Source: Octopus vulgaris (Eukaryota). From it: a stretch of 64,000 nucleotides of DNA. Under the pieces are notes generated by a model. It was given only the letters and a program-made list of their open reading frames with translations, was not told the DNA's origin and searched no databases. The DNA is taken from assembly GCA_951406725.2 (NCBI GenBank), contig OX597820.1:20894001-20958000 (forward strand). Reading direction: 5' to 3'. Positions 39,280 to 52,336 of the stretch are shown here, one piece after another (position 1 is the first letter of the stretch; each line of letters opens with the position of its first letter). The translations under genes were made by a program, and so were the position numbers.

Positions 39280-39672
39280 TCTTTATATATAAAAGTGAGG
39301 TTGTGTGTCTGTCTCCTACGATTTAGATTCCTAACTACTCCCACATTTTGCGGTGCAGTTTAACCAAAACCGGGTATCTTATAGTCGTGATTCATATCGA
39401 GACCGTCTGGGTATTAGCGCGTCTACGATGAGTCTACGATTTAAAAAAAAATTTACCATCAATTTTTCCCATTTTTAATCCATTTTTGACATATATAAGG
39501 GAAGTAACTCTCTAAAATTTATTATTAAATCTCAGAACGTAAAAAGCTACAGTAACACCCCTCCCCCTTTGTGGTTAGCCATATTGAGATGGCTATTATA
39601 CTTTACATCTCTAAAAATGCTTATATAATTATTTCCCTTACAAACCCGAGCAACGCCGGGCGATACTGCTAG
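39280..39672 (+). mobile_element. Non-autonomous Helitron
   Basis: Starts A|TCTTTATATATAAAAG. Ends with hairpin cccgagcaacgccggg then CTAG|T; no TSD. Confidence 0.8.
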
Positions 39673-40331
39673 TATATATATAGTTTTGTCATGTATGTTT
39701 TCATCCCTCATTAGTTCTTATCTACACAAATCTTACTAATTGAAACTTCTAGAATCTCTTCTTTCCTATTGCCTAGCAACTGCAGCAAAAGATGGTAAAA
39801 TTAATCTTGCATGTGTTTCTGACCTTGGCTACCTTTCAAAATAAAAAGAAATATTTTAATTTACTTAGTTCTCGCTTTTCTTTTAAAAGTATTCTAATGA
39901 AAAACCACCAAATTTTAAAAAAATTTTCTATATATTTTTCTTCAATTTAAACCATTTATAATTTTTTTTGCTATTTTGGTTGTATTAAAAAGTAGGATAA
40001 ACAACCAACTGCATTTTATCTGTGTATACACATGGTTTGGCCACCACCATCACCACCTGAATAATAGCTGCAACGATCATTACCACTACAGCCACAACTA
40101 TCCCCAGCACCACCACCACCATCATCAACATCATCATCATCATTAACATCAGTCAGTTTTCAACAGTCTGAGTTAGTTCTTATTTGGAGTCACTGCTCCC
40201 CTAGATGGGTCAGGAGGCACATCTTGTTTGTATGATTCGTTTTTAGCTTGGATTCTGGAGTGGGATGCAGTTCCTGTCACCAAACACTTTGCATTATGTA
40301 CCAGGAGCATTTTACTGAGGTAAAACTTAAG

Positions 40332-40368
<37 letters not shown>

Positions 40369-40431
40369 AGACAGTAGGAGAGGTGGATAAATAGTAGAAG
40401 TGAATGATTGGTGTATGTGTGTGTGAGTGAA

Positions 40432-40480
<49 letters not shown>

Positions 40481-40739
40481 CTATATCTATATATATATAT
40501 ATGTCAAGAGAGATAGAAAGAGGAGAGAAAGAGAGAAAGTGACAGACAAACAGAATGAGCTTCTTTCAATTTCCATCAAGCAAATCCACTCTCAAGGCTT
40601 TGACCAGCTTGATATTATAGTAGAAGATACTTGACCAAGGTGCCACGCAGTGGGACTGAACCTAAAACCATATGGTTGGGTAATTCTTAACCACACAACC
40701 ATGCCTGTGTCTACACACACAGAGAACACAACACACATA

Positions 40740-41656
40740 TGAGGGGGTAAGTCAAAAATTATCACACTTTCATCATAACATATCTTTATTATTATCACAC
40801 TGCTTTCTGTACATGCATGCTTATAGTTGGGACTATTGTGGTCGCATGATCGAAGTTTGAGCCTGATCGCACCGTTTTTCTTTCTGGCTTTACAGTGTAA
40901 GCATGGCTGCTTCACTAGCAATGTGCACCAAAGAACAAAGATCAGTGATCTGAGAGACAGCAATGGTAAACTGGTTCACCATTACCACCTCTCAAGCTTG
41001 TTGAATCTTCTCATCAGTGGTAGAAGTCGACAGGTGTCCTGCTCCCACTTTGCTGACATGGGTGGGTCTTCTCAAGAACTTCATATTGCCAGACATCTCG
41101 ATCTATTGTCATTTCTTCCACGAGGCCCAACATCCCGAGATCAGTCTTTACCACTTCATCCTATACCTTCCTGGGTCCTCCTCTTCCACAGGTGCCATCT
41201 ACTTTCAGTGATTGGCACTTCTTTATGCAGCTGTCCTCATTCATATGCATCACAAGTCCAAACCAACGCAGTCTTCTCTCTTGCATGCTACATTTGATTC
41301 CTCTTATGCTCAGCTTTTCTCTCAATACATTTGTACTTTGTCGTACATGCACACTGATGTACTTTTAAATTTCTCATTCCACTCATACACACTTCTATGC
41401 AGCAGTGCACTGTCCTCGTATTGTGCTAAAAGCTTCCGTTTAATTTCACTACCTGACAAACCTTTGTCCTCCTTTGGTGCACATTGCTAAAGGTGCAGCC
41501 ATGCTTACACTGTAAAACCAGAAAGGAAAATGGCATGGTCAGGCTCCACATGGCCACAATAGTACCAACAACAACACGCATGCGCAGCAGAAGGCAGTGT
41601 AACAATAATAAAGATTTGTTATGGCAAAAGTGCAGATAATTTCTGGCTTAGCCTCG
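40740..41656. mobile_element. mariner foldback made of two 5' ends, interrupted by an RTE fragment
   Basis: TIR gagggggtaagtcaaaaattatc / gataatttctggcttagcctcg|TA, about 190-bp inverted arms, and HTH remnant EIKRKLLAQYEDSALLHRSVYEW.EKFK at about 41362-41452 (-). Confidence 0.7.
41055..41360 (-). mobile_element. RTE LINE reverse-transcriptase C-terminal fragment
   Basis: Peptide LREKL..MQERRLRWFGLVMHMNED..GRGGPRK. Confidence 0.75.
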
Positions 41657-42991
41657 TACATAGAAACAAAAGCTGTAAAGCACTAAAGTCAAACAGGCTT
41701 CAACTTGAAGACAAAAGCAGAGAACTGTGAAACAAAACAAAAAGTTATAAGTGAAATGTTTAAGAGATTTTACATAAGTGTCAAAGAGTAGCATAATAAA
41801 AGCCAGTTGATATCTCAGAGAATTATGCTATTGTAGCTAAGAGGGACTATTGTTGTAGTTGTTGTTGTTGTGTTGTTGTTGTTGTTGTTGCTGTTTATTT
41901 GTAAAGACATAGAAAAGTTATAACTAGAGCTGAACTGGTTTCTTCATGGTGAAAGAATGTAGTTCACCACACCTTATTTCAGTTCTATTGCCATGGTGTC
42001 AAAAACAATTTTATTGCAGAAAATGGAACAGACACACCCACCCACCCACACATATACATATATGTGTGTGTGTGTGTATACACACACACACACACATACA
42101 TATATATATGTATATATACATATATATACACACATACACACACACACACATATATATACACACACACATATATACATATATATATATACATACATATATA
42201 TATATATATAAATTAATAATAGAAGGGTAAAATTTATTAATCAAATTAATTAATTAATCGATTAATTCATAATTTTACCAAGTAGCTTGGTACATTAAAA
42301 TAACCTTTGTAGGTAAAATTATGTGGATACATATATATCTATATCACCATCATCATTGTTTAATGTCTACCTTCCATGCTGGCACAGGTGAGATGGTTTG
42401 ACGAAAGCTGGCCGGGTAGAAGCCTGCATCAGAGTTCTGTAACTGTTTTGGCAGGATTTTTACAGCTGGATGCTCTTCCTAACACCAATCACTCAGTGGA
42501 GTGGACTCAGTAAATTTTACGTGGCACAAGCACAGGTGGGGTCAGTTTTGGCAAGGATTTTACAGCTGGGTCATCAAGTACATGTAACACAAAAAAACAC
42601 ACAAACACCCTTTTGAGAGGGGAGAGGGCATTGGAGGAGGTGGTTCGAAAGATTATAGTGAGGCAGAGAGACAGAAACTGCTATCTTGTTGTAGAGGAGG
42701 TACAAGGTTAACCAGCTGGGAGTGGAGGGAGAGAGAGATCAGCAAAGAAGACAGAAACAGAGAGAGTGGGAGACAGCAGGATAGAGATGGTAGCAAAGTG
42801 CTGGGCATATGCACTGATACAGTGAGACAGGGTTTGGGTTTGGGTGGAACATACAGGTCAGAAGCAAGCAGAGGGCCAAGGGGACAGAAATGGGGAGTGG
42901 GAGGTAAGCATAGAGCATGAAGCAGAAATTTGAGGAAGAGAAGAGATGTAGTGTGGTGGGGGGACACAGCCCTTCTAGAAATCAGTTTTGT

Positions 42992-43352
42992 TGACATGGG
43001 CGGGTCTTCTCAAGAACTTCATATTGCCAAACATCTCGATCCATTGTCATTTTTTCCATGAGGCCCAACATCCTGAGATCGGTCCTTACCACTTCATCCT
43101 ATACCTTCCTGGGTCTTCCTCTTCCACAGGTACCATCAACATTCAGTGATTGGCACTTCTTTATGCAGCTGTCCTCATTCATATACATCACACACCCAAA
43201 CCAACGTAGTCTTCCCTCTTGCATGTTACATTTGATTCCTCTTTTGCCCAGCTTTTCTCTCAATACATTTGTACTTTGTCGTACATGCACACTGATGTTG
43301 CACATCCAACAGAGCATACTACCTTCGTTTCTCTCCAGTCTACGCATGTCTG
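42992..43352 (-). mobile_element. RTE LINE reverse-transcriptase C-terminal fragment (same family as 41055-41360)
   Basis: Peptide MRRLERNEGSMLCWMC..LREKLG..RLRWFGCV..GRGRPRK. Confidence 0.78.
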
Positions 43353-43399
43353 CATTCACACATATGCACATATTTTTTATATGATAACAATAAAAATAA

Positions 43400-44395
43400 T
43401 AATAATCCTTTCTACTATAGGCATGAGGCCTGAAATTTTATGGGAGGGCTTAAGTTGATTTCATTGACCCAAGTGTTCAACTATGGGGGCACATGGCCTA
43501 GTGGTTAGAGCAGCAGACTCGTGGTCGAGGGATTGCAGGTTCGAATCTCAGACCGGGCGATGTGTATGTTTATGAGCGAAACACCTAAGTACAACATGGC
43601 TCCAGCAGAAGGTAATAGCAAACTTCTGCTGACTCTTTCGCCACAACTTTCTCTCACTTTTTCCTCCTGCATCTTGCAGCTCACCTGCGATGGACTGGCA
43701 TCCCATCGAGGTGGGGAACCTATATGCTAAGGAAACCGGAAAACTGGCCCTTATGAGCCAGGCATGGGTCAAGAAGGAACAAACAAGTGTTCAACTGGTA
43801 GATAATTTATCAACCCTGAAAGAACGAAAGACAAAGTCGACCTTGACGAAATTTGAACTCAGAACGTAAAGACGGATAAAATGCTGCTAAGAATTTCGCC
43901 CCGTGTGCTAATGGTTCTGCCAGCTCACTGCCATACAACTACTACTACTACTACTAACAATAATAATCCTTTCTACTAAAGTCACAAGGCCTGAAATTTG
44001 GGGGACGGAGGATAATTGATTACATCAACCCCAAGAGCTTAACTGATACTTATTCTATCAAACCCGAAAGGAAGAAAGGCAGTATCAACCTGGACAGAAT
44101 TTGATCTCAGAACATAAAGAAGGATGAAATGCCACTAAGCATTTTGTCCGGTGTGCTAACGATTCTACCAGCTCACTGCCTTACTAATGATAATAATAAT
44201 TCTTTCTACTATTGGCACAAGGCCTGAAATTTGTGGAGAGGGGGTAAGTTGATCACATTGACCCCAGGTTTTGAATGGTGCTTAATTTATTGACCCTGAG
44301 AGGATGAGAAACAAAGTCGTCTTCGGCGGAATTTGAACTTAGAACGTAGCGGCACACGAAATACTGCTAAGCATTTCGCCCTGTGTGCTAACAAT
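43400..44395 (-). mobile_element. Cluster of three family C SINEs in (AAT)n, one interrupted by another tRNA-SINE (about 43485-43785, +)
   Basis: Repeated family C cores. caagtgttcaact is duplicated around the inserted SINE. Confidence 0.75.
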
Positions 44396-44401
44396 AATAA
44401 C

Positions 44402-44436
<35 letters not shown>

Positions 44437-44499
44437 TAATAATAAATGCCCTGGTACTGCATAAGGGCATTCATTATTATTATTATTATTATAATTATC

Positions 44500-45157
44500 A
44501 TTACTAAGTCTCTCTAAAGGAGATTACGGCAGCGTTACTGGATATTAATAGTTATCGCCATACTAATATGGCAGTCTATAAATAAGACTAAAGCTTTCGC
44601 TGATTAGCTCCAAGAGGCCATCGCCTCTAGCTAGCTATAAGACACACGAACCTGCGTCCATTACAACCTTCGAACAGGGGAGGTCAGCCGCTTCACCTTG
44701 CTAGTCAGACATCTGCAGACATGTTTCAGGGTCGTTGCCCTTTATCAATGCAGCGTAGTCAGAACCAGCAGGTGTCGCTACTGACCGTCTGTTCGAAGAT
44801 TTTATTTACCTAGTTACAGTGGAATACATCCACTTGTTTTCAATAATAGAAATATTAAAATTACTAAGTCTCTCTAAAGGAGATTACGGCAGCGTTACTG
44901 GATATTAATAGTTATCTATCTGGATATTAATAGCTAGCTATAAGACACACGAATCTGCGTCCATTACTACCTTCGAACAGTAATTTTAATATGTCTGACT
45001 AGCAAGGTGAAGCGGCTGACCTCCCCTGTTCGAAGGTTGTAATGGATGCAGGTTCGTGTGTCTTATAGCTAGCTAGAGGCGATGGCCTCTTGGAGCTAAT
45101 CAGCGACAGCTTTAGTCTTATTTATAGACTGCCATATTAGTATGGCGATAACTATTA
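44500..45157 (-). mobile_element. Retrozyme/Penelope-like element: 360-bp monomer, partial tandem copy and inverted arm
   Basis: attactaagtctctctaaagg recurs at 44500 and 44860. Segment 44990-45157 is the reverse complement of about 44545-44712. Embedded in (ATT)n. Confidence 0.75.
44713..44753 (-). ncRNA. Minimal type-I hammerhead ribozyme, U3:A8 core variant
   Basis: ctgca UUGAUAA aggg-caacga-ccct GAAA caug UC tgcag. Stems I and II are perfect, helix III is the palindrome ACAUGU, and the cleavage triplet is GUC. Confidence 0.8.
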
Positions 45158-45163
45158 TTATTA

Positions 45164-45200
<37 letters not shown>

Positions 45201-45436
45201 GGCAACAAGCTGGCAGAAATGTTAGCACGCTGGGCAAAAGGCTTAGCGGTATTTTGTATGTTTTTATGTTCTGAGTTCAAATTCTGTCAAGGTCGACTTG
45301 CCTTTCATCCTTTTGGGGTCAATAGATTAAGTACCAGTTGTGTATTGGGGTTGATCTAATCAACTGGCCCCATCCCAAAAAAATTTCAGGTCTTCTGCCA
45401 AGAGTAGAAAAGATTATTATTATTTTTATTATTATA

Positions 45437-45492
<56 letters not shown>

Positions 45493-45740
45493 GGCAGTGA
45501 GCTGGCAGAATCATTAGCATGCTGAGTGAAATGCTTAGCGGTATTTCATCTGCCGCTACATACTAAGTTCAAATCCCCCCGAGGTCGACTTTGCCTTTCA
45601 TCTTTTCGGGGTCAATGTCATAAGTACCAGTTACACACTGGGGTCAATGTAATCGACTAGCCCCCTTCCCCTAAAAATTTTCAAAGCTTTGTGCCTAGAG
45701 TAGAAATAATAATAATAATAGTTATTATTTTAGTTTGTTT

Positions 45741-45783
45741 GTCAAAGTACTTTTGTCACACATCCTGTGACCTCTTCAGCGAC
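45741..45783 (-). ncRNA. Decayed minimal hammerhead (G12>A)
   Basis: gtcg CUGAAGA g gtcac-aggatgt-gtgac AAAA gtac UU tgac. The inverted partner at about 45826-45858 retains gtgat GAAA. Confidence 0.5.
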
Positions 45784-46069
45784 TCTCTATCCCACGTGTC
45801 TCCTCTTATTCTGCTTCTTCCAAATGGTCACAGGATGTGTGATGAAAGAGCTTTGCGTGACTGAACCCCAAACCACACAGTTGCAAAGCAAGCTTCTTAA
45901 CCACACAGCCACACAGGGCACCTAAATTATATCTATTTATTTTTTTTAATTGCTGTTTATAATCACCTTCTTGTTAAATTAAGTATATTTACAGTGAGTT
46001 AGAAATAAAATCATAGAAGAAAAAAAATCCAAGAAAAACAATAATAAAACTAAAACATCAAAGACTGAC

Positions 46070-46083
46070 CTAGTAGGAAGGAG
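46070..46083 (-). CDS. Candidate 14-nt alternative exon (LLPT-R), phase 0/2
   Basis: ttctcacatttcttgtttAG|CTCCTTCCTACTAG|GTCAGT. Joins ATG CAG| at 52671 to exon B in frame. Confidence 0.42.
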
Positions 46084-46494
46084 CTAAACAAGAAATGTGA
46101 GAATTTGAGGAGAACCAGCTGACACTTAAAGCCTATACTCTTACATACACATAGTAACATAGGCTTATGACTTTTGCTAAATTCTTCCCAGCCCCAACAC
46201 TTTTTTTTGTGTTTTTATACACTTTTTTTATTTATGGAACTTTCAAATACAGCTATGCAGATGTCTATACATTGCATATAAATAAATGTAGTATACAAGC
46301 TGCTAAATAACATGAACCTTAGACACAGAATCATCATCATCATCATCGTTTAACGTCTGCTTTCCATACTAGCATGGGTTGGACGATTTGACTGAGGACT
46401 GGCAAACCAGATGGCTGCACCAGACTCCAATCTGATCTGGCTGAGTTTCTACAGCTGGATGCACTTCCTAATGCCAATCACTCTGAGAGTGTAG

Positions 46495-46543
<49 letters not shown>

Positions 46544-47533
46544 TCATCATCATCATCGTTTAATGTCTGCTTTCCATGCTAGCATGGGTTGGACGATTTG
46601 ACTGAGGACTGGCGAACCAGATGGCTGCACCAGATTTCAATCTGATCTGGCAGAGTTTCTACAGCTGGATGCCCTTCCTAACACCAACCACTCTGAGAGT
46701 GCTCCTGCATGGCCACACTTTTACATGCTTTTACGTGCCATCAGCATGAGGGCCAGTCAGGCAGTACTGGCAACGGCTATGCTCAAAATGGTGTTTTTTA
46801 CATGTCACCTGCACAGGAGCCAGTCCAGCGGTACTGGCAACAACCTCGCTCGAATGTTTTTTCACGTGCCACCAGCACAAGTGCCAGTAAAGTATATACT
46901 AAAACATGTAGTTTGTTATAAATGCATAGTTAAGTTGCATTAGCAGGAAATATGGCTGTAAGATTAAGAAGCTTGATTTGCACCTATATGGTTATAAGTT
47001 AAGTCCCACTGTGCGGCACCCCTACACATGTGGTTTTTACTATAAACTCCTGACTGGCCAATGACTTGTGAGTGAATTTGGTAGAGAGAAATTGTATGGA
47101 ATCCTATCAAATATTCTTTTATTCTTTTACTTGTTTCAGTCACCACCTTTAGTCAAACAAATCGATCTCAGGACTTATTCTTTCGGTCCATTTTGCCAAA
47201 CCATTAAGTTATGGGGATGTAAACACACCACCATCGGTTGTCAAATGATGGTGGGGAGACAAACACAGACACACAAATACATACACACACTCACACACAC
47301 ACACACATATATACGATGGACTTCTTTTCAATTTCCGTCTAACAAATCCATGGACAAGGCTTTGGTCAGCCCGAGTCTATAGTGGAATACACTTGTCCAA
47401 GGTGCCACACAATGGGACTGAACATGGAAGCATGTGGTTGGGAGGACCTTGGGCAAGTGTCTTCCATTATACTTTCAGGCCAACCAAAGCCTTGTGAGTG
47501 GATTTGGTAGACAGAAACTGAAAGAAGCCTGTC

Positions 47534-47568
<35 letters not shown>

Positions 47569-47576
47569 TATGTATG

Positions 47577-47722
<146 letters not shown>

Positions 47723-48927
47723 TTTATATATATAAATACACATATATATGTATGTATTTGTGTGTCTGTGTTTGTCCCCCCACCATCTCCTGACAACCGT
47801 TTGTTTTTGTCCAGCTGGTTTGTATATGTCCCCGTAACTTAGTGGTTCAGCAAAAGTGACTGACAGAATAAGTACTAGGCTAACAAAGAATAAGTCTTGG
47901 GATCGATTTGCTTGACTAAAGGTGGTGCTCCAGCACAGCCACAGTGAAATAACTGAAACAAGTAAAAGAATAAAAGAAGAACCGCTCTGTTCATCAACGC
48001 TAACTTTTGGCTAAAAACACCAATAACAAACGTGCAACTCACCAGTGATATTTAGTAATTATTATTTAGTAAGTAACAGTAGCATTAGTACAACACAAGC
48101 TTCCACTGTTGAACATTTCTTTAATACCATCAATAACATGTTTGATAATTTAGTCTAAATTTTGAGTCATTCTAAGAAGTCTGTAGACATTGGTCTTTCC
48201 TTTGATTCTTTAACCTTGAAATCCAATACATTTGAGTCACATGACACAGGAATCTCTTTGCCAGAGAAAAGGAACTGTTTCAAGCATCTAATATGTTGGT
48301 TATAGAAGTTACTTACTTTTAACAATTCTAGAGGGATGAAGGGCAAAGTTGAATCAGGAAATATTACCATCCAGAAGATTAGGTCTCAAAATTGACTGCT
48401 CTTTCATCTACTCTTATACTTAAAGTTTTATGTAATACTGGTTCCTAATTTTAGTACAAGGCCAGCAATTTTAATGTAATAATAATAATAATAATAATGA
48501 AATTATTGTATACAGTGCTCAGGTGCACCACAACTTGTCAAAAGTGCATATAAAGCATATGAAGTAATGTACAAATGTCTGGAAAGCGAATGGTGTATGA
48601 GTCAGATACATGTGTATGGAGGGGAGAAAATCAAGTGAAGAGTGAGTCGATTACATCGACCGTATGAAAGGCCAAGTTGGCCTCAGCGGAATTTGAACTC
48701 AGAACATAAAAGACAGACAAAATGGTAGTAATCATTTAGCCCACCATGCTAATGATTCTATCAGCTTGCCACCTTTAAGTTCTATGTAATATTATTCATA
48801 GGCACAGCTGTGTAGTTAGTTAACAAGCTTGCTTCCCCACCACATGGTTTCAGATTTAGTACCATTGCATAGCAGTATGGGCAAGTGTTTTCTATTATAG
48901 TCCTGGGATGTCTAATGAGCTAATATA

Positions 48928-49014
48928 CAGGGTGGACCAAAATGATCAGACACATTTGGAGTTTTAATAAAAGCACAAAATAAGAAATAATGAAGATCAT
49001 TTTAGTCCACCCTA
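48928..49014. mobile_element. 87-bp MITE with the same TIR as 27721-28632
   Basis: TA|cagggtggaccaaaatgatc...gatcattttagtccaccct(a)|TA. Confidence 0.75.
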
Positions 49015-49711
49015 TATATATTATATTCTTTTTTATTCTTTTTATTTGTTTCAGTTATTTGACTGTGCCCAAGCTGGAGCACCACCTTCAAAGGGTTTTA
49101 GTCAGAGAAATTGACCCAAGGACTTATTCCTTGTAAGTCTAGTACTTGTCCTTTCTTTTGCTTGACTGCTAAGTTACAGGGACATAAACACACCAACATC
49201 AGCTATCAAGTGATAGAAAGACACATACACACACACACACAGACATGTATATATGAGCGGCTTCTATCAGTTTCTATCTATTAAATCCCCTCACCAAGTT
49301 TTGGTCAGCGTGAGGCTATAGTAGAAGACACTTGCCCAAGGTGCCACACAGTAAGACTGAACCCGGAATAATGGGGTTGAGAACTAAGCATCTTACCACA
49401 CAGCCATACCTGCATCTATCTATCTATCTATGTAGCTGTATCAGGTTTGGTTAATATAATATGAGGTTAATCGTGATTAGCATAATAATAATAATCCTCT
49501 CTACTATAGGCACGAGGCCTGAAATTTGTGGGGAGGGGACTAGTTGATTACACTGACCTCAGTGCATAACTGGTACTTAATTTATCGACCCCGAAAGGAT
49601 GAAAAGCAAAGTCAACCTCAGTGGAATTTGAACTCAGAACGTTAAGACAGATGAAATACACTAAGCATTTCCACCTAACGTTCTTACAATTCTGTCAGCT
49701 CACCCCCTTAA

Positions 49712-49744
<33 letters not shown>

Positions 49745-49747
49745 AGA

Positions 49748-50082
49748 GACCCCTTCGGTCATGACTGACCATGGGATTGCACCCAGAAAGTTACCCTCCG
49801 AGGCACAAGTCCAGGCAAGGTTGTTTATGGAGGACCCGCAGTCACCCATGCATACCAATCTCTCCTCTCCATGCCACCAGTGTTATCCAAGGGAAAGGCA
49901 AAGGGGCCGATACAGCTTGGCACCTGTGACGTTGCAACTCATTTCTACAGCTGAGTGAACTGGAGCAATGTGAAATAAAGTGTCTTGCTCAAGAACACAA
50001 CACGCAGCCCGTTCCAGGATTCGAACTCACAACCTCATGATTGTGAGCTCAACACTCTAACCACTGAGTCATGTGCCTTCAC

Positions 50083-50083
<1 letters not shown>
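49748..50083 (-). mobile_element. tRNA-derived SINE inserted in (AAT)n
   Basis: tRNA head ggctcagtggttagagt-like...gttcgaatcc and core cttgagcaagacactttatttcac; flanked by AAT runs. Confidence 0.75.
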
Positions 50084-50132
<49 letters not shown>

Positions 50133-50849
50133 CCTTTCTACTAAAGGCACAAGGCCTGAAATTTGTGGGGAGGGGACTAGTTGATCACATCAACCCCAGT
50201 GTTCCACTGGTACTTAATATATCAACCCTGAAAGGATGAAAGGCAAAGTTGACCTCAGTGGCATTTGAACTCAAAATGTAAAAATGGATGATGAAATGTC
50301 ACTAACCATTTCATCCAGCATGCTAATGATTCTGCCAGCTCGCTGCCTTGACTGGCATAATAATAATAATGTAGTCAGCTGTGAGCAAGCGGAAATGGTT
50401 TCCCTCCACTTACGTTACAGATGCACTTAAAAGAAGTACCAACATCAAAACTCCCATTTCCTCTCTGATAAAGTCACTACTGCTAATTACACACACTGAG
50501 GGATACTACTACTTAGAACAAGCTAACAAGGAAGCCTCCAAGTGGTCTTTTGACCTGCTGGATATAGCAGCCAAATCTCCCTTAAATTATAATCATCATC
50601 ATCATTATTATTATTATTTATTTTTATTGCCCACAGGGGGCTAAACATAGAGGGAAGAAACAAGGACAGACAAAGGGATTAAGTCAATTACATTGACCCC
50701 ACAGTGTAACTGGTACTTATTTAATCGACCCCCGAAAGGATGAAAGGCAAAGTCGACCTCAGCGGAATGTGAACTCAGAACGTAATAGCAGATGAAATAC
50801 CGCTAAGCATTTCTCCCAGGGTGCTAACAATTCTGCCAGCTTGTCACCC

Positions 50850-50886
<37 letters not shown>

Positions 50887-52336
50887 AGTTAACTAGTTAA
50901 CCATTTACCTAATTAACTAATCAATTGTTTAGTTGGTCATTCAGTTAATCATTCAACCAATTATGTTTGTCAAACTCCTTTTGTCAGTATTTGTGACCTA
51001 AACAATGACATACCTTCTCAACTCAAGGTCAGATTCAGGTCGGTAGAGAGAGAGAGAGAGAATGTTATTGGAGTTATGAATGGTGACTTCAACAAACATA
51101 ACCAATCAACTGATTACCTGAATGATTAAGCAAACAACTTAGTAGGTTAACTCTCTTTTACTCTTTTACTTGTTTCAGTCATTTGACTGCAGCCATGCTG
51201 GTGCACCACCTTTAGTCGAGCAAATCGACCCCAAGACTTATTCTTTGTAAGCCTAGTACTTATTCTATTGGTCTCTCTCTTGCCTAACCGCTAAGTTACA
51301 GGGACACAAACACACCAACATCGGTTGTCAAACGATGTTGGGAGGGGACAAACAGACACACAAAGATACACACACATATATATACATATATATGATGGGC
51401 TTCTTTCAGTTTCCGTCATCCCAAATCCACTCACAAGGCTTTGGTCGGCCTGAGACTATAGTAAAAGACACTTGCCCAAGGTGCCATGCACCGTTAATAT
51501 ATAATATACAATAAAGAAGTGAACAGAACCAGTGTATTTATTATTGACATAACGACTATCCAAAGATACAACAAAAAATGGATTAAAAATGCTTATCTGT
51601 AAATCAAGCATCAAAATGTAAACAAAATAATGAAACCAGAAAATACATCAGTCATAATAATTTAACTTAGCATTGTAATAAAAGTTAGAGGCTGTTCAGA
51701 TATGACTTAAAATTGAAGTGTAATGAGTAAAGTAGTTGTAATTGACATAATTTAATCATGAGCAAATCAACAATAAACAAGATGAGGGTAGCAAAATTGG
51801 GAATTAACATTTGTAAACGGTTTCAATGATTAATGAGTGTCTAATTGATAACATTGGTAATTGAAATAGTTAAATAAGGACAAATGAGAAAGGATTCTGA
51901 AAACAAAAGTTACAATTGAAATTTTATAACTGTATTAGATAACATAAAAGACACACAGGTGTGTGAGATGCACTCCAATTTCAGTAGCAAATATATTTAC
52001 GCAAAATGGTTTTTAGCACATGGGAGAATGTAATAAGGGTCCAAATTTGCACAGAAGACCGAGGGTGATTCATTTTGAGAAATTTTTTCGAGTAGATTAT
52101 AGATTAGTGAAACTAATACATGTCAATATATGTCAGAAGAATATAGGTATACAGTTGTTGTGTGTGTAATTAAAAGTGCTGATGCAGTGGTGTGTAAAAG
52201 CACCCAACACACTCTGCAAAGTGGAGGGACCACCAGCTGTAGAAATCATGCCAAATCAGACTGGAGCCTGGTTCAGCTCCCCAGCTTGCCAACTCTGGTT
52301 GAACTGTCCAGCCCATGCTAGTACAGACAATGGATG

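Noticed and set aside
39865-39893. 29-nt AG/GT-bounded segment (ILLKEKREL or NTFKRKART)
   Set aside because: It breaks the frame between exons A and B and its donor is weaker. It would be viable only as an alternative to the 14-nt exon, for which there is no evidence.
48167-48370. Minus-strand ORF in unique sequence
   Set aside because: No recognisable homology and no compatible splice sites; exons A and B already join in frame.
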